From: Lama glama
Lineage: Eukaryota
NCBI GenBank assembly: GCA_028534125.1
Contig: CM052817.1
Coordinates: 82,152,001 to 82,216,000 of the forward strand
Reading direction: 5' to 3'
DNA length: 64,000 nt
In this document: one piece after another, positions 23,441-35,715 of the stretch
How the letters are laid out: the number at the start of each line of letters is the position of its first letter
How positions within the stretch are numbered: position 1 is the stretch's first letter
Notes under the pieces: generated by a model
Database searches by the model: none
What the model was told of the DNA's origin: nothing
The model's input: only the letters and a program-made list of their open reading frames with translations
Translations under genes and position numbers: made by a program

Positions 23441-23859
23441 CACTCTTCTGATTTGCCATTTTCTGTTAATATGTGTGTCTCTCTCATGAGTGTACTGTTT
23501 GATAGCAGCGGGCATTGCTACCTTGCTCTTTCTTCCCACGACCTAGGACAGACTGAAGTAAATTCTCATTAAATGACTGAAGAATCTCTCAAAGAACCAA
23601 ACTACTATGTCTTGATTGATGTAATGATAATGATATGAACATGAATGTCTTTCATTCTGGAATCCTTTCTTCATTTGTTGGAATGACATTTATTTATGAG
23701 GATGGTAAATGGAATGATTTGTAATCTTTAAACAGTATGGGTCTGTTATTTCAGCAGAATTCAAAATCTGGAAGACACAGTTGTGTATATGTGTATGTAT
23801 GTGTGTGAGAGAGAAAAAAATAGTTTTATGGGTTTTTTTTCATTTAAATATTAAATTTG

Positions 23860-24020
23860 AGCATGACTGCAGCAGAGAGTAAGACTCAACATACGCATAG
23901 TGTGCTAGGCTGTTCCCTGAAGGATTGGACCACCGGACCTGAGCCATTCTCATCGCCAGCTGCACTCTACACAGCCATGGAGTTGTGCTGCAGTGGAGTG
24001 CATCTGGATGGCATTCCAAT
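23860..24020 (+). mobile_element. Possible very ancient CR1/L3-clade LINE fragment
   Basis: Frame reads AAESK..HSVLGC-(17 aa)-LYTAM, resembling CR1 ORF2 AAKKAN.ILGC-(about 15 aa)-LYSAL; GC-rich island. Confidence 0.3.
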
Positions 24021-24239
24021 AAATAAAACGGAAAAATTATTTGGTACTTTGTTTCCCATATTTGTCTGAGAAGATTAAATTAAAATTTACTGATTCACTA
24101 TTAACCCACACCCCCTGCCATAAGCAAACTATAAAAGATTTAGAGGTTGTCTTTAGTAAAATCCTTTATCTTACACACTTGCTTCCACTGTTAAGTAATT
24201 TGGCTGCAATTTTCTATTCTTCCAGACTTTGGAAGCCCC

Positions 24240-24410
24240 AGAGTCATAGAAGTTTAATGTTGGGAGCAACTTGGGTGATAATCTAACTAAACACCTTGGT
24301 TTTGCTGATTTTGGAGTAAGAAGGGTAAGGTATTTATTCAAGGCCACACAGTGAGGATACCAGAACCTGAATTCAGTTTCCAAAATCTCAATCCAAAAAT
24401 TTTTACACTG
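24240..24410 (-). mobile_element. MIR (MIRc/MIR3-like)
   Basis: tcatagaagtttaatgttggga...ttttgctgat...gggtaaggtatttattcaaggccacacag...gaacctgaattcagttt. Confidence 0.55.
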
Positions 24411-25847
24411 GACTTTTTACTTACCTTAGAGTTCAAATTAGAGTAGAAACAATATTTTCTTACATACTCTCTTTCATTTAGAATCAAGTTTTTACTTTTA
24501 CAAAAGAATTAAGAAATAAATATGGAAGATAATTTTTTTGATCTAACTACAAGTTATTTTTCTAGTGGAGTTAATAGTTTTTTTCTAATATTATTTTGTT
24601 TATTTCAGTTATTTTTCTAAACATTTTTGCTCTTCTTAAAAAAATCATAGTTTTCATAGTATATTTCCAATTTGTTTTCAGATGACTTAATTTCCAAAAG
24701 CTCTAACTCTGAGATATGTCAATATTGTCTTACATTAATGCTTTGTAAGACAAATTTTACATGTTTCACAATAATTCAGTTTGTACCTTACCTTTTTAGA
24801 TTTAAGAGAAATCAGTAACAGTAGCCTAATATACACACTGAATACATTTAATACTAGTAGAAAATTTACAGGAGACACTCCTTTAACGGAAATTATTCAC
24901 TTCTCCCAGATAAACACTGACTTATGCCCTGATCACTCTGAATATCGTAGTCAGTTTAAAATTTGCCTGGATACTTCTGCTTCCATAAATTTAGTAAAAT
25001 ACTTAACAGTAATTTGTATTTGCCCTTAAACCTATGTTTGGCAGCTATGTGATTATTATTATTATTATTGAGAGTCTAATATTTTGAAGGTATGTGTGTG
25101 CATACACACAGACATATTTTAAATTATGAAGTAATTGATACTATAGCAAATAAATTATACTGCAAAATAAGAGCCTTCCACAACAATAGAGACTTTGGGA
25201 AGTACTGGCATGGTCCCTTAAGAACTCGTTTAGTGGTGAGATAAGATTCAATAAATGAATAATATTTGAAGAGTTATTTTGTGAGGTCTTAAATATTCTG
25301 TTAGTATAGATAAAAGTCAGTAGGTGTTATTTTCATTTCCACCATGCTGTCTGGACATTAAATTTATACTACTACAAATTTTGATGTGCTTATGGGTTGT
25401 CTAACTAATGTTGTAGGGAATTAAAAATCTTCCAGATAAATTTGGTTCATCCCTCTTCCCATATAGTTGTGTTCCAATCTTGGGGGAGAGGTAAGTATAT
25501 TTTTTGTTTTTACATAACTTTATAAAAAGTTAGTTTTATAGTCCTTTTGGCTTAAAATAATTACAGCCTTCTTTTCCTAACAATTATGGTCTTAGTTTCT
25601 CATGTTTGTATTCATCTACTTATTCTCAATCAAGTAATAGGCAGAGGTACTCGATTTGAACCATAAACTTCATTACAGAAAAATATTCCAGACATAACTA
25701 AGCCTGCATCTTGAATTATCCAAGTATATCCACCTTAATAACAATATGATATAAGAATTAAATATGAATATAAATAAAGTTATTGATTGGTACCACATAA
25801 TGTCTTCACAGAACAGTTTATAAGAATATCAAGATCAATATTTTAAA

Positions 25848-25940
25848 GTTTGAGACCAAGTATGTCACTTAAACTTCCTTAGCCTCAGGTGTAAAATGAT
25901 AAATGGGTTATTGAAAAATGTATGTAAAATGCTTAAAAGG
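25848..25940 (+). mobile_element. MIR fragment
   Basis: gtcacttaaacttccttagcctcag..tgtaaaatg...gtatgtaaaatgctt. Confidence 0.5.
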
Positions 25941-26737
25941 GTTCAATATCACCAAGGAAATTGATAACTGTCACTCTCTAGTTCCCCTTTCTAGTTTAGA
26001 GCACTGCACTAATCTGTAACCTCTGCAATAGCAATGCTTTTATATGCTCACTTGGATTGGTGTCACAGAAATGCCACTGCTGCTCACATTGTGATCAGAG
26101 GAACAAGAAAAAAGTTTCTTTGTTTTATTTTATCTACAACAGTTCCGGCTTCCTTTATGATTAGTTGGAAATAAAAAGCTACATTTAATCCAATTTGGTT
26201 TAAAACTTAACCCAATTCAATAATTGTAACTGTCTTTTAAGAAAATACTCAGTCTTTGGAAAATGACTGCTTGACTCTTATTTCCACTCTTTCCATGCAC
26301 TTAATATTCTCAAAGATGGTGTTAAATTTGGGGATAGAGCCAATTGGGAGCTTTTATGAACATACAAGGGAAGAAGGGAGAGTCTTTGGATCTGTCAGAT
26401 ACTTATCGGTTTTCAGACCACTGCAGAGTGGGTGTTCCATGCCTGGTACAGTATTTGGTTGCCTGGTCCTTTCTCAGGGTTTTCTGCTGGCAGATGCTGC
26501 TGACATCTGGGGCTGATGAACACCAAATGCAATTTTTCTTCACTCCATCAACAGCTCTCTGCTTACTCAGCCCTTGCTGCTTTGCAGACTCTACCACCTC
26601 TTGCGTCTGGATCCTTGGTTGAGTCACTCCACCCCATCATAGCAGATTCTTACCACGTGGGAACCAAGAGAAGCTTGGGAGATCATTCCGGAGTCTATTT
26701 ACCTATATGGCCCCTTTTACTTCATTCCATAACTGTA

Positions 26738-26756
26738 ATGCTCCCCCTCGTGGTGG
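26738..26756 (-). promoter_or_regulatory. Candidate CTCF site
   Basis: Minus strand ccaccacgagggggagcat vs core CCASYAGRKGGCRS. Confidence 0.45.
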
Positions 26757-27650
26757 CTTAGGACCCTCTGTGCAAGACTCTTCCAAGTGTCCCAAATGGA
26801 GAACTGGATAAGAGCTCCTCATCGTCAGCTTCCTTATCACATCTATGGCTGAAGGCCAAACTCAGAGAAGAAATCAGGACATATGTCTGACAGCTTCCTT
26901 TCCCGACATTCTCCCTAGAATGCCAGGATTCAGTGTCTGTTTATTTCTTCCTATCAACCCAGGGCTTCCTGCTACTGTCTGGTTCACAGTTTGAGTCTTG
27001 AATGGTTAAAATGAGAGGTAAATAAATTTTAAAACAAATTTCTTCCTCAGCCATGCTTGACTTTCATGTCTAGTATCTTCTTGAAAACTCTTATTTGTAA
27101 TAGCATAATCTGATTTTGGGGTTTTCTTTACCTTTGCACTTTTGCTCTAATAGTTTGAATTGTTTTGAAGCAGATACGTGCCTGGAGCTAACTAGGGAGA
27201 AGGTCACGTCATGAAAACGCAAATGACAACAGCCCTTTAAATATTTTTTCAAATGTGATTTCTATTACTTACACTAAACTATTGATATCTTTTTATTTAA
27301 ATTATTTATACTTATGATAATCAAATCAAAACATCGAATAACTCAATGCTCAAACCAGGTTACATGACGAGATATTTTCTGTCTCTATTTGTTTTTTATA
27401 GTTAATGTACTACTATCCTTCATCAAACAAGGGACAACACATATTCAGATATTCTATGAAAATAATCTTTTCTTATGGCTTTTATAACAGTAAAGAGCAA
27501 AATGACTATACTTAAATTACTTGTGAAAATAAACACAATTTTAAATAAAATTTTCTATTTTAAACTAAATTTGGAATAAAAATGTAATATACTTGAATGT
27601 TGATCAAATTCACCACCAACCTACATTTATTAATATAAATAATGTGTGCA

Positions 27651-27778
27651 CTTTTTTCTTTCTCTTTTCCTTTCTTCCTTCTTTATTTTCTTTTTTCCTT
27701 TCTTATCTTTCTTTTTCTTTCTCTTCTTCCCTTCCTTCCTTTTTTCCTTCTTTCTTTCTCCTTTTTTTCCCCTTTCTT
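27651..27778. repeat. CT-rich low-complexity / (TTTC,TTCC)n tract
   Basis: About 130 bp of almost pure pyrimidine. Confidence 0.9.
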
Positions 27779-28081
27779 AATCCACTTTAGTCTATCTCCA
27801 TGGATTCCAGCATGAGTCCTGGCACGATCTTACGCAGAAAGAAGTGGTCAAGGAAAGTGTTCAGAACATGGTAAGCAGAATGCAGACTGAGAATAGAATC
27901 TTGCTGAAAGAACTGTACACTCTATTATACATGACTGAGTATCATATTTATTCCAAAATTACTTTCTGCCAGTATTACTTGCTATTAACTTTTTCACAAA
28001 GTGTATATATTTAAAGTTTATTTACGTGTTTCCCTTAAACACTTAAACCTTCTTTGCATTTAATGTACTGAAGTAATGCAC

Positions 28082-28178
28082 TGCCTTAATACATAGAAAT
28101 ACTCATTTATTACAGAGAAATATGTATTATTATGCCTTAATAAGTAGAAATACTCGTTTGTTATAATAAAATATGTAT
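28082..28178 (+). repeat. Diverged 51-bp tandem duplication
   Basis: tgccttaatacatagaaatactcatttattacagagaaatatgtat / tgccttaataagtagaaatactcgtttgttataataaaatatgtat. Confidence 0.8.
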
Positions 28179-29984
28179 GAGAGCGTAAATTTTTTATTGA
28201 ATTCCATTCAAATAAAGGAAGTAGCTTTCCTAAATACATAGAAACTGCTTATCCAGAGGACATTGGAGAGGTTATAACTATTTCACTATTTTCTTATGCA
28301 TACTATATACTTCTTTGAAGATGTTCCTATTATATAAAATTTCATTTCCATATGTTTAAAATTTTGTTCTCACTAACACATTTAATATAATTACTCTGAT
28401 TAAATTAATGCATTTAACCTTTTTAGGTCTTGTCTTTCTGAGTAGAATTATCTTCCTTTCCACTGTTATCTATGAAATTCAATAAAGTGAAACTGGGATA
28501 AAAATTATCATACTAATCATAAGTTTCTCCCAGTGCTGCACATCTGGAGATAAAAATACCATGTTTGAAAATGAAAAGTTGAACAAAAGAATGGCAAAAA
28601 TTGTTGCAGAAAACCTTATGATTCCAATTTGTATTTTATCAAAGTTTAATTTTGAAAACTGGAAATATTAGTTTTTATAATAATATATGTACTACCTGCA
28701 ACCTAACTATTCATTATGAGTGAGTAAATTTTATATATTTAATAATTTAAGTTTTAAAACAGTCGTGGTTAATACAGCTTATCTTTGTAACTTAAAATAA
28801 CATTATCATTACTTTTTTTGAATGAAGAAATGAGGTAAGGAAAGAAAAACAACAGAGAAAATTAATGAATAAGAAATGGTAAAACAAATAATGCCAAAAT
28901 TAAATGAAATATGGAATTTTTAAACTGCTGAATAAAATTTAAGAAAACAAAACTATTTGGTTTTTTTTCTGCCTGAGCACTTGGAAATACATGAATGATA
29001 GATTACTTTTGCTGTTATTATTTTCATATTTCTAAAAACATATATTAAGTATTTTCCACAGAAAAGAACCATATGTGCTCTTTAAATATTGGCTAAGAAA
29101 AACTCCCTTGGATAAAAATAAATATTAACATTTGGCCCAAAATTTAAATTGTGAGTAATTTAGCTGAAACTACTTCAGCATTGTAAAGTTAGAAGAGGAA
29201 ATTTATAACTCTTAAATTTAATTTTTTTGAAACTTAAGAGCAAATTAACATACAAATAGCGAATGATTGCTTGCTCCCTGCCTCATGGGCTTAGTCCCCA
29301 TTTACTATCACATGCTTTGAAGGAGTTATCCTTGATTCAATTTGTGGCGATGAGATTCTTACCAGAATACAATGAAGACCACCTTGGTCTTGATTCCCAC
29401 TAGGAAAATACTGTGCCCCACTTCCACTTCAGAGGTTAGCATACTTACAGTCTAAATAGGAATTCACTAAGTTCTAGAATGATTCTGCATTGTAAAATTA
29501 TATAGATACATAGACTACAATTTTGTACCAGTGAAAACATGCAATTACATATGAATGTCATATACTTATGACATATCCTGTCCCACACACACATAGAAAC
29601 GTTGAATTAAGGAGCCAATTAGGAGATAGGTATTTGGCGAGTGTGGCATTCCCTTTCTGGATATTTTCTAGCCAACTCCCCAAACCCTACCTTTCTTTGC
29701 AAAATCTGAAGGAACAAAATGCTATTCTGATGGTTAACCTCAAAACAAGGTATAATTGAGCTAAAACATTACAATATTGGCTCAAAGACTCAAGTGAATG
29801 AGAGAGTAGATGACGGAGATACATTTTAAAACTTCATTTTGAAAAAATATACTCTGAAAAGAAACATGGCTTAACATTAATCTGTGAAATTATAAATAAT
29901 ATGGGTGGCAGCAAATTGCTGGGAAAAATCTCTTAACCAAGTGGACTGTACTCACTTCAGGTTGTGGCCACCGATCTCAAACCC

Positions 29985-31240
29985 AAAACAACTCTTTTCC
30001 TATCCTCACTTTTAGCAGATGATCTTGCCGAATATTTTAGTGGGAAAATTACAGCAACCAGAAATGAACTTCCACAAGCTCAGATAACATGTCTACCCTC
30101 CTACCAGCATATGCTCTGGCTTCTTTGCCCATAAATAGAGGTGACTTCTCCATGCTCCTACCTAAAGTCATTTCCTCCACTGTGGATTTCATCTACCTCT
30201 TCTGTATTGCACCATCACTTCTTCACTTTCTCTCCTAAATCATGGATTTCTTCTCAGAATTCTCATGTGCATACAGACATGCTATTGGTTTCACAAGCTT
30301 AAACGAAATAAATTGAAAACTACTCCTCTCGACAATTTGCCCACAAACTTCAGCATCATTTCTCCATCACCCTGCAGTAATATCTCCATAAAGAGTTGTC
30401 TATGTCCATTTTCTCTTGTAAGTAAGAGTAACAGTAGTTTCTTTTGGTGGTCCTGCCTCTACCTAGTCTTCTTATTCCTACACAACGGCTTCACGCTGGA
30501 GTGCACCCAGAGCACAGTCTTTAGAACTCTTCCCTGTCTGTACTCACTTCTCTGATGCTCTCTGAGTTTTAAAAGCTATTTATATTCCAATGACCCTCAC
30601 ATTTACATTTCCAGTCCACATGTTTCCTAAATTTCAGATTCATATATCCAAATGCTTACTTTAAATCTTCTCTTGGATGCCTAATTGATAGCTTATTTTT
30701 ATTTTTTTTTCATTTTTTTATTGAGTTATAGTCATTTTACAATGTTGTATAATAGCTTATTTTTGAACTGAACTCCTGATCTTGCCACACCACCCCTACT
30801 CCAGACTACCTCTCCCTGGAAAGTTCTGCTATTCATGTAATCTGCATTTTAGTGAATGGTATCTCCCTTTTTTCCATTTGCTCCAACTTTGGAGTTATTC
30901 TTGACTTCTCTCTTTCTCTCACACCTTATATCTAATTCATCAACAGAGTGACTGGCTCTACCATCAATATTCATCCCATAAATGGCCATTACTCAACTCT
31001 TTACTACTGTGAACCTAGTCCAACTCACCATGATTTCTCATCTGGACTACTGCAATTAACAACACAACAGGTTTGCCTACTTCCGTTTTTACTGTTTCTC
31101 CTCAAAATAGTATCTCGAGCAATCCTTATAATACATATAAGCTAGAATGTGTCAATTAGCTGTTCAAAACCTTACAGAAGCTTCCCATTTCCTGTAAAAT
31201 GTCTGTAAAACCCTACATAATCTAAATCCCCTCCTCTTAC
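29985..31240 (+). mobile_element. L2 LINE (L2a-like, ORF2 region to 3' part), interrupted by a tiny L1
   Basis: tcacttttagcagatgatcttgcc...gaacttccac...tccaaatgcttact...ctcttggatgcctaat...aactgaactcctgat...ctttggagttattcttgacttctctctttctctcac...tttctcatctggactactgcaat. Confidence 0.8.
30701..30751 (-). mobile_element. 51-bp 5'-truncated young L1 3' end with 13-bp TSD
   Basis: atagcttattttt at 30688-30700 and 30752-30764 flanks tttttcatttttttattgagttatagtcattttacaatgttgt, homologous to the L1 end at 39664. Confidence 0.85.
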
Positions 31241-31475
31241 CAGAATTCAGAGACAATGAAATCAGATATTGACAATGATGCCATTTGTGCTGTATTTTCT
31301 TAACTTGAGAATATTATTTTTCATTTACTTAATATAAATGTATTTTATTTTTATCTACTATCTACTGACCACTATGCTAATGGATATATATACATACCAC
31401 ATAAAAAGTTTTTTGTTTATATGGTACCATTATGTCTAATGTGTCCTTATACTATGTATCTATCACACAGTCATA

Positions 31476-34400
31476 TTTTCTTTTTGAATCACTTTATTGA
31501 GGTATGACTGACATGTAAGATGCTATGCATATTTATGCATACAACTCAGTAAGTTTTGGGTAAGTATACACTAGTGAATCCATTATTAACACCATCAATG
31601 CCATAAACATATTAATCACCTCCCAAAGTTTCTACCAGCCCCTATTACTATTATTATTATCTGTGCATGTGTGTGTAACTATGGTAAGAACACATAAGAT
31701 CTACTCTCTTAGCAAATTTTAAGTATACAATATAGTATTGTTAGCTATAGGCACTATGCTATAAAATAGATCTTCAGAATTTACTTATTTTTGTACACTT
31801 TCACCATTACTTCCCCACTTTCCCCTCCCCCAAATCCCTGGCAACTACTGTCCTACTCTCTGGTTTTATGAGTTCGACTATTTTAAGTTTCACATGTGAG
31901 TGAGATAAGACAGCATTTGTCTTTCTGTGTCTCACTTATTTCACTTAGCATAATGTCCTCCAGGTCTATCCATGTTGTTGCAAATGGCAGAACTTCTTTC
32001 TTTTTGAAGGATGAATAATAGTCTATTTTATGTGTTTTCTTCATCCGTTCATCTGTTGATGGACATTTAGGTTGTATTTTGGCTATTATAGAAGGAACAT
32101 GGGAGTACAGATACCTCTTTGAGATCTTGATTTCAATTCCTTTGGATAAATGCCCAGGAGTAAGATTGCAGAATCATGTAATAGTTCTGTTTTTAATTTT
32201 TTGAGGAACATCCACGCTGTTTTCCATAATGGCTGTACCAGTTTACCTTCCCACTCACAGTGCACCAAGGTTCACTTTTCTCCACATCCTTGCCACCGCT
32301 TATTATTTATTTTTTTAGTAATAGCCATCCCAACAGGCTTAAGATGATATCTCATTGGACTTCGCTTTGCACTTCCTTGATTATTAGTGATGCTGAATAC
32401 ATTTTCATATACCTTTTGGTCATTTGTATGTCTTCTTTGGAAAATGTCTTTTCAATTTCCTTGCCCATTTTTCAGTTGGTTTTGTTTTGTTTTGTTTTGT
32501 TTTGCTATTGAGTTATATGAATTCATTACATATTTTAGATATTAATCCCTTATCAAATATATAGTTAGCAAAGATTTTCTCCTAATCTGTAGGATATCTT
32601 TTCATTTTGTTGATTGTATCCTCTGTTGTGCAGACGTTGTTCAGCTTGATGTAATCCCACTTGTTTACTTTTTACTTTGTTGCCTTTCCTTCTTATGCTA
32701 TCTCCAAAAAAACATTGCCAAGACCAATATCAAGGGATTTTCCCATTTTCTTCTAGAAGTTTTATGATTTCAGATCTCTGTTTAGATATTTCATCCATTC
32801 TGAGTTTTTTGTGTGTGTGTGATACAAGGTAAGGGTCTAGTTTCATTCTTTTGCTTGCAAGTATCCGATTTTCCCAACACCATTTATTGAAAAGGCTATC
32901 ATTTCCTCTTTTGTATTCTTGGTGATATTGCTGAAGACTAGTTGGCCTCATGTGTATGGCTTTATTACGAGGCTTTCTATTCTGTTCCATTGGTACATGT
33001 GTCTGTCATATGCCAGTATTATGCTGTCTTGATTAGTATAGCTGTGTAATACAGTTTGATATAAGGAAGTATAATGTCTCTTTCTCAAAATTCCTTTGGC
33101 TACAAGGGGACTTTTGTGGTTCCACCCAAGTTTTAGGATTGCTTTTTTCTACTTCTGTGAAAAAACAGTTACTGGAACTCTCATAGGGATTGCTTTGGAT
33201 CTGTTGATCACTTTGCATAGTATAGACATTTTAACAATATTAATTCTTTTCATCCATGAACATGGGATATTTTCACATTTATTTTTGTCTTCTTTAATTT
33301 CTTTCAACGATGTCTCATAGCTTTCAGTGTACAGATATTTCAATTCCCTGGTTCAATTTATTCATAACTACTTTATTGTTTTTGATGATATTATAAATGT
33401 GATGGCTTCCTTTCCAATTTTTGTATCTTTTTATTTCCTTCTCGTCTAACTACTCTGAAGAGTTCCAGTAATATGCTGAAAAGAAGTAGCAACAATAGGC
33501 ATCCTTGTCTCATTTCTGATATTAGACAAAGAGCTTTTAACTTTTCACTGTTGAGCATGATGTTAGCTGTAAGTTTGTTATATACGGCTTTTATTATGTT
33601 GAGGTACCATGCTTCTATACCTAATTTGTTGAGAGTTTTACCATGAAAGAATGTTGAGTTTTGCCAAATTTTTTTCTGTATCTACTAAGATAATATATGA
33701 TTTTTTATCCTTCATTCTGTTAATGTGCTATATCACATTTATTTATTTTTTTGGCATATGTTGAACTATACTTGCATTCCAGGGAAGAATCCAACTTGAT
33801 CATACTATGATCTTTTTAATGTACTGTTAAATTCAGTTTGCTATTATTTTGTTGGGACATTTGCATCTATATTGATCAGGGATATTGGCCTGTAATTTTC
33901 TTTTCTTGTAATGTCCTTGTCTAGTTTTGGTATCAAGGTAATGCTGGCTGGCCTCATAATGCTGAAAGTGTTTCTTCCTCTTCAATTTTCTGGAAAAGTG
34001 TGAAAAGGATTGCTATTAATTCCTTGTTAAAAGTTTGGTTAAATTCACCAGTGAAGCCATCTGGTCCTGGGTTTCTTTGCGGGGATTAATGATTCAATAT
34101 CGTTACTCAACATTGGCTTGTTCAGATTATATTTTTCTTCATCATTCAGTCTTGGTAGTTTGTATGTATCTACATAAGTAAGTTATCTATTTCTTCTAGG
34201 TTATCCAATTTATTGATATATAATTGTTCAGAGTAGTCTCATAATGTTTTTATTTTTGTGGCATTAATTGTAGTATCTCCTCTTTCATTTCTGACTTTAT
34301 TCGAGTTTCTTCTTTATTTCCTCAGTCTTGCTAAAAATTTATCTTCTCAAAAAAAAATCTCACTTTTGTTGATTATTCCTACTGTTTTTGGAGTCTGTTT

Positions 34401-35715
34401 TTACTTATTCCTTTGTTATTTCCTTCCTTCTGCTAAATTTGGGCTCAGTTTGTTCTTATTTTTCTAGTTCCTTGAGGTATAAATTTAGGTTGTCTATTTG
34501 AGACTTCTTTTTTCTTAATGTAGGCTTTTATTGCTATAAATTTCCCTCTTAGAATTGCTTTTACTGCATACTATAAGTTTTGGTTTGTTGTGTTTCCATT
34601 TTCATTTTCCTCAGAGTATTATTTGATTTCCCTTTTGACTTCTTCTTTTACCTGTTGGTTGTTTAGGAATGTGTTTAATTTCCACATACTTATGAATTTT
34701 CCCATTTTCCTCCTATTGTTTATTGATTACAGTTTTATACTTGGGTGTTCAGAAAAAGTATTTGATATGATTTCAATCTTCTTTACTTTGTGAAGACTTG
34801 TGACCCAGCTTTTGATCTATCCTGCAGAATGCTCCATGTGTGCATAAGAAGGCTTTGTATTCTACTGTTGTTTAATGGAAACTTTTGTTTATGCATGTTA
34901 GATCCACCTGGTTTAAAGTGCACTTCAAGTCCAACATTTCTTAATTGATTATCTGTCTTGAATGTTCTATTCAGTGTTGAAAATGGGGTATTGAAGTTCC
35001 CTAATACTATTATATTGCTGTTTATTTCTCACTTCAGTTCTGTGAATATTTGCTTCATTTATTTTGGTGCTCCAATGTACATGCATATATAGTTATAATT
35101 ATTGTATCTTCTTGATTTATTAGCCCTTTTATCATTATATAATAGTTTTCTGTCTCTTGTTACAGTTTTGACTTAAGGTCTACTTTGTCTGATAAATGTA
35201 TAGATATTCTGGCTTTCTTTTGGTTCCATTTGCATGGAATATTTTTTCCACTGTAGCCTGTCTGTGTCCTTAAAGTTCAAGTGAGTCTCTTGAAGAAGAC
35301 TGATACACCACCATTACACTATTAGAGTATTCTGATTTTGACCATATACTTAATATTATCGGTGAGTTTCATATTTTCATATGTCCTCATGTTATTAATT
35401 AGCATCTTTTCATTTCAGCTTGAAGAAGTCTCTTTAGCATTTCTTACAAGGCAGGTCCAGTGGTGATGAACGCCCTCAGCCTTTTTTTTTTTTTTCTGTC
35501 TGGAAAAGTCTTACCTCTCCTTCATTTCTGGAGGACAAATTTTTGGGTAAAGTATTTGTGGTTGGTAGACTTTTTCTTCTAGTACTTTGAATATACCATC
35601 TGACTCTCTCTAGGCTTGAAGTTTTCTGCTGAAAAGCCTGCTGATACCTTATAGAAGTATGTGACAATTCACTTTGTGTGTCACTTTGTATGTGGCAATT
35701 CACTTTTCTTTTGCC
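31476..35715 (-). mobile_element. L1 LINE (L1MA9-like), about 4.2 kb, 5'-truncated within ORF1, degenerate ORF2
   Basis: 3' UTR gtaagaacacataagatctactctcttagcaaatttt; ORF2 peptides WKTAWMFLKKLKTEL..ILLLGIYPKE (32086-32268), DSLFNKWCWEN (32730-32990), IPCSWMKRINIVKMSIL (33149-33343); ORF1 3' part at about 35400-35660. Confidence 0.92.

Noticed and set aside
23925..23945. REST/RE1-like ggaccaccggacctgagcc
   Set aside because: Half-site sequence and spacing deviate too far from TTCAGCACCnnGGACAG.
27593..27790. F/S/L-rich hydrophobic ORF
   Set aside because: Translation of the CT-rich low-complexity tract.
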